From NCBI GenBank assembly GCA_031268245.1, contig JAIRXN010000104.1, positions 1 through 39,848 of the forward strand: a DNA stretch of 39,848 bases, written 5' to 3'. Source of the DNA: Treponema sp. (GTDB lineage Bacteria; Spirochaetota; Spirochaetia; Treponematales; Breznakiellaceae). The position numbers and the translations under genes are program-made. The notes below the pieces were generated by a model. It was not told where the DNA came from. It ran no database searches and worked only from the letters and a program-made list of their open reading frames with translations. Of this stretch, positions 16,717 to 25,204 are shown one piece after another. The number at the start of each line of letters is the position of its first letter. Positions within the stretch are counted from its first letter, which is position 1.

Positions 16717-18749
16717 TAAACCAACCCCAATTCCTTGAAGAGCTTTTTATAGGTATCAAAATATTCAGACCGGGCGAATTCTTCTATTTTTTCTTCCGGC
16801 AGGGATTCGAGGAGTTGATCCATGTAGGAAAGAACGGTTTTGAGTTCCTCCCTGATGCCGCCGGGAACTTTTTCTTCGGTTTCAACATCCCCTGCTTCCG
16901 TTTCGGCTCCTGTCTCTTCCCCGAAGCTTAGCTCTTCGTCCGCATCCGGATTACCGGCTTCCGTATCAAAAGAGATCTCATCGTCGACAGCGCCGCCGCT
17001 TTCAACGGCAAACTCTTCCTCTGCAAGTTCACTGTCATTCACATTGAAATCATCGGCGCTTTCTTCTATGCCTATGCTTTCCTCTTCCGTATCCGGAGAT
17101 GCATCGAAGGGATTCTCGTCAGCCTCAACAATAAAACCTTCGGGAATGCTCTGGGAAAGATCCTCTTCTTCTTCTCCGGCGCCGTTCTCTTCTCTGTGCA
17201 AATCTATGGTAATTTCTTCAGCACCGCCTTCGGCAAAACTCTCTTCCTCAAAGTCCTCCGCGGCAATACTCTCTTCAATACTGATGCTGTCAAGAGTGGG
17301 TTCCTCTACGGGATTTTCCGTAATCTCCCCGGCAAAATCCGGTTCATCAATTACAGCATCACTCAGGTCAAGAGAAATTTCCTCGAAGTCGCCGGATTCC
17401 GCATTTTCTTCCGTTGCTCCCAGAGGATCCTCTTCCAGATAACTTGTATCCTCGGGTGCGGCAGTTATGGGCAGAGCCCCTTCTTCGCGAAGGCTTTTGA
17501 GTTCCGCCGCATCCTTTTCTTCAAGATCGTCGATGGTGAGGGGCTCGTCTTCTTCATCAAAGCTGAAAGGTTCGCTCTCCGCTTCTATCTTGGTTTCACC
17601 GCTCAGTTCATCCAGATCGGAATCAGAAAGATCGAGATCTATGTCAATATTATCAAAGGATTTACCGCTTCCCTCATCCGGGCTTATATCAATATCCCCG
17701 GAATCGGCTTTTTCCGTCCCGGTCTCTTCGCTTTCCGGATTTTCATTGAGAATATCTTCCTTTTCGGAAAGGGAAAAATCTTCTTCCCCCGCCGTTTTTT
17801 CATCCGGCCCCCCGGACAGATCCCCTGTATCCAAAGTTCCGGTTGCATCCTCACCGGATTCTTCGGTAAAATCTGCAGTATTGAGAATGTTATCAAGTTC
17901 GTCTCCGGTAAGAGCGATTTTTTCATCTTCTTCTTCATCAAAGAAACCGCCCTGTTCTTCCCCGGCAGGAGCGCCGGACTTAAGAACGATAAATTCCTTT
18001 TTCAGGGTTGAAAGTTCTACGCGGATAGACGAAAGCTCTTCGGCTATCTTCATTAAAAGCTTGGTGGAAAGATCCGTTGCAGTCTCCGTATGCGTTGCCT
18101 GCGGCTTTTCTCCGGTTTCTGTTTCTGTGGAAAAACCGGTGTCCATGTCGGCGGAAGGTTCTTCGAGGGTTTCAGGAGCATCTTCGAGGAAGTCGCTTAT
18201 CGGTACTTCGGAGAATCCTTCATCCGTTTCGGATCTCTCTTCTGTAGGGGTAAAGCTGCTTTCATTGAGAGGGGAGTCATGCGCCTCGCCCGCAGGCTCG
18301 CTTAAGGTTTCAAAATCCACCAGTTCAGGCTTGGATAAATCCTCTTCTTCAACAGAAGACTCTTCCACAGATATATCTTCTTCGGTATCTTCTATAGGAA
18401 TGTCCAGGTCCGGGAAGTCCATGCCGTCCCCGGAATCCTCCTCCGGGAAATCAAACGACAAAGATTCCTCTTCCGCGGCTGCCTTTGCATCTGCGGCAAA
18501 ATCGTCTTCGGGCAGGGAGAGATCTTCATTGGGAAGATTCGGATCAAAATCGCCTGAATCTCCGGTTTCCTGGTGAGAATTCTCCTGACTAGCTGAGGAA
18601 AGATCCTGAGGTTCGCTCTTTACCCATACCCCGTATTCATCCAGTTCATCGGCGGATCCAATCGTACTACGATCCGAATATATTGAAGGACGGGATGCGT
18701 TATTTTTTTCAGCTCCGGAATTCCCGGAAGGCTTTTTATCTTTTGCCAT
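16716..18749 (-). CDS. Hyper-acidic (D/E-rich) 677-aa protein with short non-acidic N-terminal, central helical and C-terminal segments
   Basis: Good RBS (GAGGGAG) before ATG 18749. Long D/E/S/T-rich low-complexity body. Better-ordered islands are DELDEYGVWVK, LLMKIAEELSSIRVELSTLKKEF and the C-terminal LSYMDQLLESLPEEKIEEFARSEYFDTYKKLFKELGLV. Confidence 0.7.
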   Translation of the reverse strand: MAKDKKPSGNSGAEKNNASRPSIYSDRSTIGSADELDEYGVWVKSEPQDLSSASQENSHQETGDSGDFDPNLPNEDLSLPEDDFAADAKAAAEEESLSFDFPEEDSGDGMDFPDLDIPIEDTEEDISVEESSVEEEDLSKPELVDFETLSEPAGEAHDSPLNESSFTPTEERSETDEGFSEVPISDFLEDAPETLEEPSADMDTGFSTETETGEKPQATHTETATDLSTKLLMKIAEELSSIRVELSTLKKEFIVLKSGAPAGEEQGGFFDEEEDEKIALTGDELDNILNTADFTEESGEDATGTLDTGDLSGGPDEKTAGEEDFSLSEKEDILNENPESEETGTEKADSGDIDISPDEGSGKSFDNIDIDLDLSDSDLDELSGETKIEAESEPFSFDEEDEPLTIDDLEEKDAAELKSLREEGALPITAAPEDTSYLEEDPLGATEENAESGDFEEISLDLSDAVIDEPDFAGEITENPVEEPTLDSISIEESIAAEDFEEESFAEGGAEEITIDLHREENGAGEEEEDLSQSIPEGFIVEADENPFDASPDTEEESIGIEESADDFNVNDSELAEEEFAVESGGAVDDEISFDTEAGNPDADEELSFGEETGAETEAGDVETEEKVPGGIREELKTVLSYMDQLLESLPEEKIEEFARSEYFDTYKKLFKELGLV

Positions 18750-18786
18750 TAACAGCTCCCTCTATTTAGACAACATGTATTGTAAA

Positions 18787-18813
18787 ATATCGGCTAATTT
18801 ATCTGATTTTTGT
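18787..18813 (-). promoter_or_regulatory. Candidate sigma-28 (FliA)-type promoter for the acidic-protein/Maf operon
   Basis: The minus strand reads CAAA-N14-GCCGATAT (or ACAA-N15-GCCGATAT), compared with the consensus TAAA-N15-GCCGATAA. The -10 element at 18794-18787 ends 37 nt upstream of ATG 18749. Confidence 0.35.
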
Positions 18814-18973
18814 AGCCTTTTTACCGAAAAGCGAACAAAAACTCTTCGGATCATGGTAGCCGTGGTTTTTCCGGTTGTCAATCAGGTAAATCTGCAGGAC
18901 TGATCCGGGATGAGGAGAGTCTCCCGGATTTGCTCCCTCAAGTATAAGCCGGAAGCATCCGTAAATTGATCTA

Positions 18974-19417
18974 ATGAGAGCCTGCAAATACCTCATCGTT
19001 CCATGGACAGTAGTTGCTGTTTATGCACTATCTTCTCTTCTGACCGGGGCGATAGGATTTTCTTCATTCAGGCAGCTTGAAAATGAAAAATACCGCCAGG
19101 AAAAAAACATGGAACAGCTCAAGCTTATCAACGGCGACCTGAAAAATACTACCGACAGTCTTCTCTATGACAAGGATACCCTGGGAGTATATGCCCGCGG
19201 CCTGGGTTATGGGAAACCCGGTGAAGTATACCTCCGCATCGTCGGTTTGGGGGGCCTGAAAAAGACCAAGACCGAAGCGGGCGAACTTGTCCTGGCAAAA
19301 AAACCGGAATACATTGGCGATACGGTTCTGAAACTGACTGCGCTGCTCTCCGGGGCCCTGGTTTTTGCAATTTTACTGTTCTTCGATGTCCTGAGTATCC
19401 GCAAAAACCCGCGTTAA
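18974..19417 (+). CDS. Small membrane protein, possibly of the septum-formation-initiator (FtsB/DivIC-like) family
   Basis: 147 aa. An N-terminal TM is followed by a coiled-coil-like stretch (QLENEKYRQEKNMEQLKLINGDLKN), with a second C-terminal TM. Family assignment is tentative. Confidence 0.4.
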   Translation: MRACKYLIVPWTVVAVYALSSLLTGAIGFSSFRQLENEKYRQEKNMEQLKLINGDLKNTTDSLLYDKDTLGVYARGLGYGKPGEVYLRIVGLGGLKKTKTEAGELVLAKKPEYIGDTVLKLTALLSGALVFAILLFFDVLSIRKNPR

Positions 19418-19429
19418 ATCAGCGCTTCC

Positions 19430-20266
19430 CTAGCGCGGAAGTTTTTTCCACTCCAGTTCCTGCACATCCCTGAGAATTATTTCCTCCAGAATTTCCCCAT
19501 CCATTTTGGCCTTTGCGGCAAATTTTAAACCCCTAAGTACCGTCCCATTCTCGCAGAGTATGAATTCCCACTCCATCGGAGGAGCCGCTTCGGCCATTTT
19601 CCGGGCCGCCTCTATCGGCAGAGGGTGATAATAGCGTAACGAATTGGGGGAATTCTGGCGCACATGCAGGATATTATCGTCTATCGAATAGCTTAGTACC
19701 ATCTGGGCGCCGGAAGAGAAGATGGCTATACCCCGGCCGCTTCTCTGGAAACGGATCATCTCTATTCCCTGTTCTCCCTGCCAGGTTCCAAGAAGGCTGT
19801 TTGTGTCTATCTTTTCCGGATCGGAGTTTCCCGCTTTGGAAGCTGCGGCCGGGGAAATGTCGCCGCTTAAGGAAAAGGCGTTTGCAAGGAAGGAGCGGGC
19901 CTTGAGCACCATTTCTCCGGCGGATTTATACACCGAAGTAAAGGAATTCTTTTCTCCGGTGGAAAGCTTGTCGATCTGAAGCATGAATATACGGCTTTCC
20001 CGTTCCAGATAGATACTGCCCGAAATCACAAAATCTATAAACGGCGTTTTGCTTTTATTTTCATCGTTCAAATTGGCCGGGGAGGAAACCAGTTCGCCAA
20101 AATCCTGAAGGTAGGAGAGGATCAGGGACTCGACAAGCTTTTTTTCGTTTGAGCTGATGCCTTCGGCCATCAAAGCGTCAAAACGGATACCCGGCCTGTC
20201 ACTTTGAGCCCCCGCAAACAGGGGGATGAAAAAAACTGCAAAACCTGTAAGGATTCGCCGCCTCAT
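19430..20266 (-). CDS. Secreted hypothetical protein
   Basis: 278 aa with a signal-peptide-like N-terminus (MRRRILTGFAVFFIPLFAGAQS). No motif recognised. Confidence 0.55.
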   Translation of the reverse strand: MRRRILTGFAVFFIPLFAGAQSDRPGIRFDALMAEGISSNEKKLVESLILSYLQDFGELVSSPANLNDENKSKTPFIDFVISGSIYLERESRIFMLQIDKLSTGEKNSFTSVYKSAGEMVLKARSFLANAFSLSGDISPAAASKAGNSDPEKIDTNSLLGTWQGEQGIEMIRFQRSGRGIAIFSSGAQMVLSYSIDDNILHVRQNSPNSLRYYHPLPIEAARKMAEAAPPMEWEFILCENGTVLRGLKFAAKAKMDGEILEEIILRDVQELEWKKLPR

Positions 20267-20325
20267 ATAACTATTATAACCGCTTTCCCCTGTGTTTGTA
20301 AGCCTTGCCGCGGATGCCTTTCATT

Positions 20326-20787
20326 TCATTGTAAACCACGGCGAAATTCTCTGGCAATGTCCCGTTTGACATCCCGTTCCCGTATGTCGGCCCGTTTGTC
20401 AAAGAGTTTTTTCCCTTTACAGAGTCCCAATTCTACCTTGACCCGGTTTTTTTTGAAGAAAAAGGACAGGGGAATGAGCGTATATCCCTTTTCTTCCACC
20501 CGCCGTCTAATCCGCTTAATCTCTTCCCGGTGGAGGAGGAGCCGCTTTTTCCGGTCGGGATCGTGGTTGAATATTGATGAAAAAGGATTTTCCGCAACTC
20601 TCAGGGAACGGAGCCAAATTTCCCCTTCAATAACTTCCGCCCATGCATCCGGGAACGAGATCTTTCCCTCCCGGAAGGACTTTACCTCTGTCCCGAAAAG
20701 CTCTATGCCGCACTCATAGGTATCGTCTACCGCATAATCATGCCGGGCCCTGCGGTTTACCGCAATGATCTTGACGCCTTCGCTCAT
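20326..20787 (-). CDS. smpB: SsrA-binding protein (trans-translation)
   Basis: 153 aa. IAVNRRARHDY...GIELFGTEVKS...LLLHREEI...GYTLIPL...KVELGLCKGKK is typical SmpB. Confidence 0.9.
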   Translation of the reverse strand: MSEGVKIIAVNRRARHDYAVDDTYECGIELFGTEVKSFREGKISFPDAWAEVIEGEIWLRSLRVAENPFSSIFNHDPDRKKRLLLHREEIKRIRRRVEEKGYTLIPLSFFFKKNRVKVELGLCKGKKLFDKRADIRERDVKRDIAREFRRGLQ

Positions 20788-20789
20788 GC

Positions 20790-22154
20790 CTATTCCGTAT
20801 TCTTGCGGGCAATAACAGGCCGGAAGCCTGTCAGGGGGGAGCAGCTTTCCGGAGGAAGGGAAGCGTATCCGCCCTTACCGTTTCTCAGGCTCCGTTCCGG
20901 AGACCCTACCGCTTCAATGGCCCCGGCCGGGGCGGAAAGACGGGAAAGCGGCGCATAAGGGTCCGCGCACCATTCCCAGATTTCAAAGTCCCCTCCGGAA
21001 GCTTCGTATTCGGCTTCTCCGGGAAGACGAATCTCCCAGCCTGAAGGCAGCCTGTCTCCCGCTTCAATGCTTAACCAGCGGCAGAATGCTTCCGCCGCAT
21101 ACCAGGAGACGGCAGTCTGCCAGGGGAAGGGAAAACTCTCTTCACGGAAGAGGTACTCATCACTTACCAAGCCTTCGATAACCATGGCGTCCCGTCCCTC
21201 TTCGCCCCAGCGGGGATTGGCGGCGGTAAAGGCTTCCCAGGACTCTGTCCCGGCAGGCATATCCGCAATGCTGAAGTCTTCACCGGGAACAGGGTAAAAA
21301 TTGACGCCCTCAAGCCGCAGTGCCGGGGGATCTTCTTTGGCGCGTGAAGGGGATTCTGCAGGAAGCGGAAGAGTATAACCCTTGAAAAGCTCCGCATTTT
21401 CTTCCGGCAGCAGGGCGGCAAATAGGGAAAGGGCCTCGGGGTTTTCGGAAAGGTAATCCAGAACTTTTTCCGCCGAACGGGAAAGGCTCAAGGGGGAGGA
21501 GGAGATTCCCCCGTTATCGATCAGGCAGCGGGACCGGACAAGATCCCGGAAACTTGCCCTGGTCACGGCAAAACGGGCCGCGGCATGGAGTATCCCCTCC
21601 GCGGAAGAGTCTGAAGAAGCCGCGGCTGCGGCAAACGCAGGCCCGAGCCTGTAGGCGCCTTCGGAGAGGCTTAGGGGTATCTGCCAGGAGAGGGTAGGTT
21701 CCCCCCCGAATGTCCAGGCCGCATAAGCGGCTGCCGTTTCGGCAAAGGCATCAAAGGGATCCGGACTTGAAAGTTCCGCCTTGACACTGATCCGCCGGGG
21801 AAAGAAGAGGGAAAACAGGAGCCTTCCGGGAATTTCCATTTCACTTTCCCATGAATTAAAGCCCGGAAGAACCGCCTCAAGATGATGATCTCCCCGGCTT
21901 ATAAAAACTTTGCAGGGACTGGTATCTATATACACCCCATCCACCCGGAAGGCTGCGCCCCTGGGCTCCGATTCTACGATAACAAGACTTCCCGGACGGT
22001 AAAGTCCGGGGAAAAGGAACAGAAAAAAGAGGATGACGAGGATGATTACAAGGTAGAGAAACGCCAGATAATGGCCCGGTTTGATTCCGAGTATGGGCTT
22101 AAGGCGGACTACATCGTCTTCCGGCATTTTGAGATTATAAGTCCTGGAAAACAT
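20790..22154 (-). CDS. Membrane-anchored PEGA-domain protein with a C-terminal formylglycine-generating-enzyme (SUMF1/FGE-sulfatase) type domain
   Basis: N-terminal TM followed by a PEGA-like stretch (LVIVESEPRGAAFRVDGVYIDTSPCKV). C-terminal VSWYAAEAFCRWLS...WEIRLPGEAEYEAS...WEWCADPY...GFRPV resembles the FGE-sulfatase fold. Its stop lies 2 nt before the smpB start. Confidence 0.6.
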   Translation of the reverse strand: MFSRTYNLKMPEDDVVRLKPILGIKPGHYLAFLYLVIILVILFFLFLFPGLYRPGSLVIVESEPRGAAFRVDGVYIDTSPCKVFISRGDHHLEAVLPGFNSWESEMEIPGRLLFSLFFPRRISVKAELSSPDPFDAFAETAAAYAAWTFGGEPTLSWQIPLSLSEGAYRLGPAFAAAAASSDSSAEGILHAAARFAVTRASFRDLVRSRCLIDNGGISSSPLSLSRSAEKVLDYLSENPEALSLFAALLPEENAELFKGYTLPLPAESPSRAKEDPPALRLEGVNFYPVPGEDFSIADMPAGTESWEAFTAANPRWGEEGRDAMVIEGLVSDEYLFREESFPFPWQTAVSWYAAEAFCRWLSIEAGDRLPSGWEIRLPGEAEYEASGGDFEIWEWCADPYAPLSRLSAPAGAIEAVGSPERSLRNGKGGYASLPPESCSPLTGFRPVIARKNTE

Positions 22155-22216
22155 AGTGTCAATTGAGCCGGTTCTAATGCTTGTATGAAAGAGGTCTTCG
22201 TGCTAAATTTGTTTAT

Positions 22217-23218
22217 ATGACAATGGCGCGGAATGCGAAAGAGACAGGGTTCTTTGACCGCCTGCAGGGTATTACCGAGGCTTTTCTCACCAGGAGGCGG
22301 CGGATAAAACGGCTGCGGAAAGAGAAACAGCAGAAAAAGAATCCCGTCCTGGACTGGCTGGAAGCTTTTCTATGGGCTGCCGGAGTTGTCCTGCTCATCA
22401 ATCAGTATCTCTTTCAGGCGTATCAGATCCCTTCAGGCTCCATGATAGACACCCTGCTGATTGGGGATCACATCTTTGTGAACAAGCTTATCTACGGCCC
22501 GGAATTGCTTCCCGGTCTTGCCAAGCTTCCCAGCCCCGTAAAGCCGAAGCGGAACGATATCGTCATCTTTGAAAACCCTTCGTATATTTCCAGGGGGCCT
22601 GTCTTTGATATTGCCCAGCGGATCATCTATATGCTCACCCTCTCCCTCGTGGATATAGATAAGGATGAAGCCGGGGAGCCTAAGGCCCATTTTTTGATCA
22701 AACGGGCAGTAGGCATGGGGGGCGACCATTTCACTATGGAAAAGGGAAACATGAGCATCCGTTTTGCCGGGGAAGACCGTTGGGTGGATGAACGGGATTA
22801 CCAGAAGGCCAGGGGCTGGAAACACCGGCTCTCCCGGCTCGTTCCCGAAGACGCATACCCCGTGCTGGAAGCGGCGGGGAAACGTGCGGCTTGGCAGGAT
22901 CTGGGCCTTACACCGCCGAAGCGACTCATGGAGGCGTCGGCGGCTCTTAACGGCATGCGCTATCCGGATTTTATTGCCCTGGAACGGAGCAGGCTCCGGG
23001 CTCTCAGAAGTTTTGAGCCTGAGGAAGAAAGATACCGTATGCTCCTGGCCCGTCACCGGCTTGGCTGGTATGTGCCTGCAAACCGTCTTCTGCCCCTGGG
23101 GGATAACCGGGACAATTCGAGAGACGGCCGCTACTTTGGACCCGTGCGGAGGACAAAGGTGCTGGGTCAGGGTTCGCTAAAATACTGGCCCCTGGGACGT
23201 ATCGGGTTTATTAATTAG
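22217..23218 (+). CDS. lepB: Signal peptidase I
   Basis: Catalytic boxes IPSGSMIDTL, IKRAVGMGGDH and GDNRDNSRDGRYFGPV. Start chosen at ATG 22217 within track ORF 22181..23218. Confidence 0.85.
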   Translation: MTMARNAKETGFFDRLQGITEAFLTRRRRIKRLRKEKQQKKNPVLDWLEAFLWAAGVVLLINQYLFQAYQIPSGSMIDTLLIGDHIFVNKLIYGPELLPGLAKLPSPVKPKRNDIVIFENPSYISRGPVFDIAQRIIYMLTLSLVDIDKDEAGEPKAHFLIKRAVGMGGDHFTMEKGNMSIRFAGEDRWVDERDYQKARGWKHRLSRLVPEDAYPVLEAAGKRAAWQDLGLTPPKRLMEASAALNGMRYPDFIALERSRLRALRSFEPEEERYRMLLARHRLGWYVPANRLLPLGDNRDNSRDGRYFGPVRRTKVLGQGSLKYWPLGRIGFIN

Positions 23219-23248
23219 AGAGTCTGTCTATAAGCAGGAAGAAAGACG

Positions 23249-23974
23249 ATGTTTTATAAGGGGCGGAAATACAGCTACAAAGACCAAAAGAGCCAGAGGC
23301 AAAAAATTCTCTGGATCTTCCTCTGTGTCGTCATAATTTTTGCGGTATACAATTCCCTCTCTTCATTCTTTTTTTCCATGCGGGTGCTGGAGAACAATAC
23401 CATGCAGCCGGAATTGAAGCCCGGCGAGCGTTTTATTTTTTCTTCCTTTCCTGTGTATTCATTTTTTTCGAGCATCAATGCCCTTAAGAGGATTCCTTTC
23501 CGGCGGGGGGATATTGTTCTTGTTGATACAGGAACCGGAGAGAAGCGGAGTGTAGTTCAGATGCTGCTGGACGGCGTTATCCGTTTTTTTACCGCCCAGC
23601 GGATAGGGCTTGCCGAGGTGGAAAATTCAACCTATATCAAAAGAGTAATAGCTCTGCCGGGAGACGAGATTGTCATGACTAATTTTGTCATGAGGGTTAA
23701 GACAGAGGAGAGTTCCTACAGCCTTACCGAATTTGAACTTTCACAGAGACCTTACGAAGTGACGATACCTCAAATTCCCGCTCTCTGGGACGATTCCATG
23801 CCTTTTTCAAGAAACATGGAGACGGTAAGTCTTGGGCCGGATGAATGCTTTGTCCTTTCCGATGACAGAAGTAATACCAACGATTCCCGTACCTGGGGGC
23901 CCATTCCCCTGAACAGAATAAGCGGCAGGGCGATCTTCCGTTACTGGCCGCTTACCCGTCTGGGCCCTCCCTGA
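23249..23974 (+). CDS. Signal peptidase I paralogue (S26 family) with Thr at the nucleophile position
   Basis: NNTMQPEL aligns to the SGSMxPTL box. IKRVIALPGDEI and SDDRSNTNDSRTWGPIP are conserved. Confidence 0.7.
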   Translation: MFYKGRKYSYKDQKSQRQKILWIFLCVVIIFAVYNSLSSFFFSMRVLENNTMQPELKPGERFIFSSFPVYSFFSSINALKRIPFRRGDIVLVDTGTGEKRSVVQMLLDGVIRFFTAQRIGLAEVENSTYIKRVIALPGDEIVMTNFVMRVKTEESSYSLTEFELSQRPYEVTIPQIPALWDDSMPFSRNMETVSLGPDECFVLSDDRSNTNDSRTWGPIPLNRISGRAIFRYWPLTRLGPP

Positions 23975-23977
23975 TCC

Positions 23978-25204
23978 ATGCTTTCCTCTCTCTACATCCA
24001 TGTTCCCTTCTGTATCGCAAAATGCGATTACTGCGATTTTTATTCGATACCGGTAAAAGCCGGGGACGAAAGAATTGGACGCTGCATTGAAAAGATTCTC
24101 TGCAGTACGGAAGCGGAGCTGGAGCGTTTTCGGGTAGAATCAATACCGTCAATATATATCGGGGGAGGAACCCCTTCCATGCTTGGCGCGCAGAGGATGA
24201 CGGAACTGCTGCTGGGTCTTTCCGGCATCCTTTCCCGGCGGAGTATTCCTTTTCACCCGGAGTTTACTGTTGAGGCAAATCCCGAATCCGCGGACAGGGA
24301 TTTCCTTTCCTGCTGCCGGGACAGGGGCGTAACGAGGCTTTCCCTTGGGCTGCAGAGTTTCTGCGAATCTACCCGCAGGCAGCTCGGGCGGGCAGGGGAA
24401 AGCGCGGCGCTCTCCCGGAGCCTTGCCCTGGCCTCCGAGTTCTTTCCCGGAAACTTCAACGCGGATCTTATGGCAGGTCTCCCCTGTCAGGATGAAAAGG
24501 AATTGCTTTCCGGTATCGGGAAACTTCTGGAATATGCTCCTTCCCATGTTTCCCTGTACAGTCTTACTGTTGAAGAAGAGACGCCCCTGGCACGGAGGCT
24601 TTCCGAATCTACACTTTCCCTTCCCCCTGCCGAAGAAGCCGACCGGATCTGGATAGCGGGCCGGGACGCCCTGGAAGAAGCCGGTTATGAACAATACGAG
24701 GTTTCAAATTTTGCCCTGCCCGGCAAGAGGAGCTTCCACAACATCCGCTACTGGCGCATGGAAAACTGGCTTGGCACAGGGCCCGCCGCATCGGGAACCA
24801 TTATCGATGAAGAAGCGGGTACCGGCGTGCGTTACACTGTTCCTGCGGATCTGGACGTTTGGCTTTTGGGCCGGGGCGCTGAGGCTGCCGGTGAATTACT
24901 TGACAGGTTTACCCTCATGAAGGAGAGCATCCTCATGGGCTTCCGCTTCATTGAAGGTCCCGATCCCTTTCTTTTCCGCTGCCGTTTTGGCCTGGATATC
25001 GAAGAGGCAATTCCCGGAACTCTTGAAAAATGGCGCAGGAGAGGTTTTGTTAAAAAAAATGCATCCGCGATGACAGGGGAAGGTCTCCTTTTTCTTGATT
25101 CCTTTGTCATCGATGCGTTTAACGAACTTGAGTCTATTCTCCCTGCCGGCTGTTCCGGTAGCGTTCCGAAAATTCCCGGGGGGTCACATGGGAGAATTTT
25201 TTAA
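23978..25204 (+). CDS. hemW: Radical SAM heme chaperone HemW (HemN-like, oxygen-independent coproporphyrinogen oxidase family)
   Basis: LYIHVPFCIAKCDYCDFYS (CxxxCxxC) and GGGTPS. About 380 aa of core plus a short C-terminal extension. Confidence 0.85.
   Translation: MLSSLYIHVPFCIAKCDYCDFYSIPVKAGDERIGRCIEKILCSTEAELERFRVESIPSIYIGGGTPSMLGAQRMTELLLGLSGILSRRSIPFHPEFTVEANPESADRDFLSCCRDRGVTRLSLGLQSFCESTRRQLGRAGESAALSRSLALASEFFPGNFNADLMAGLPCQDEKELLSGIGKLLEYAPSHVSLYSLTVEEETPLARRLSESTLSLPPAEEADRIWIAGRDALEEAGYEQYEVSNFALPGKRSFHNIRYWRMENWLGTGPAASGTIIDEEAGTGVRYTVPADLDVWLLGRGAEAAGELLDRFTLMKESILMGFRFIEGPDPFLFRCRFGLDIEEAIPGTLEKWRRRGFVKKNASAMTGEGLLFLDSFVIDAFNELESILPAGCSGSVPKIPGGSHGRIF

Noticed and set aside
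16840-18576. Ser-rich plus-strand ORFs (200, 271 and 369 aa) inside the acidic-protein gene
   Set aside because: These are antisense frames of a GAA/GAT/GAG-rich gene, which give TTC/ATC/CTC and Ser-rich artefacts. They lack RBSs, whereas the minus-strand ORF has a good RBS and operon coupling.
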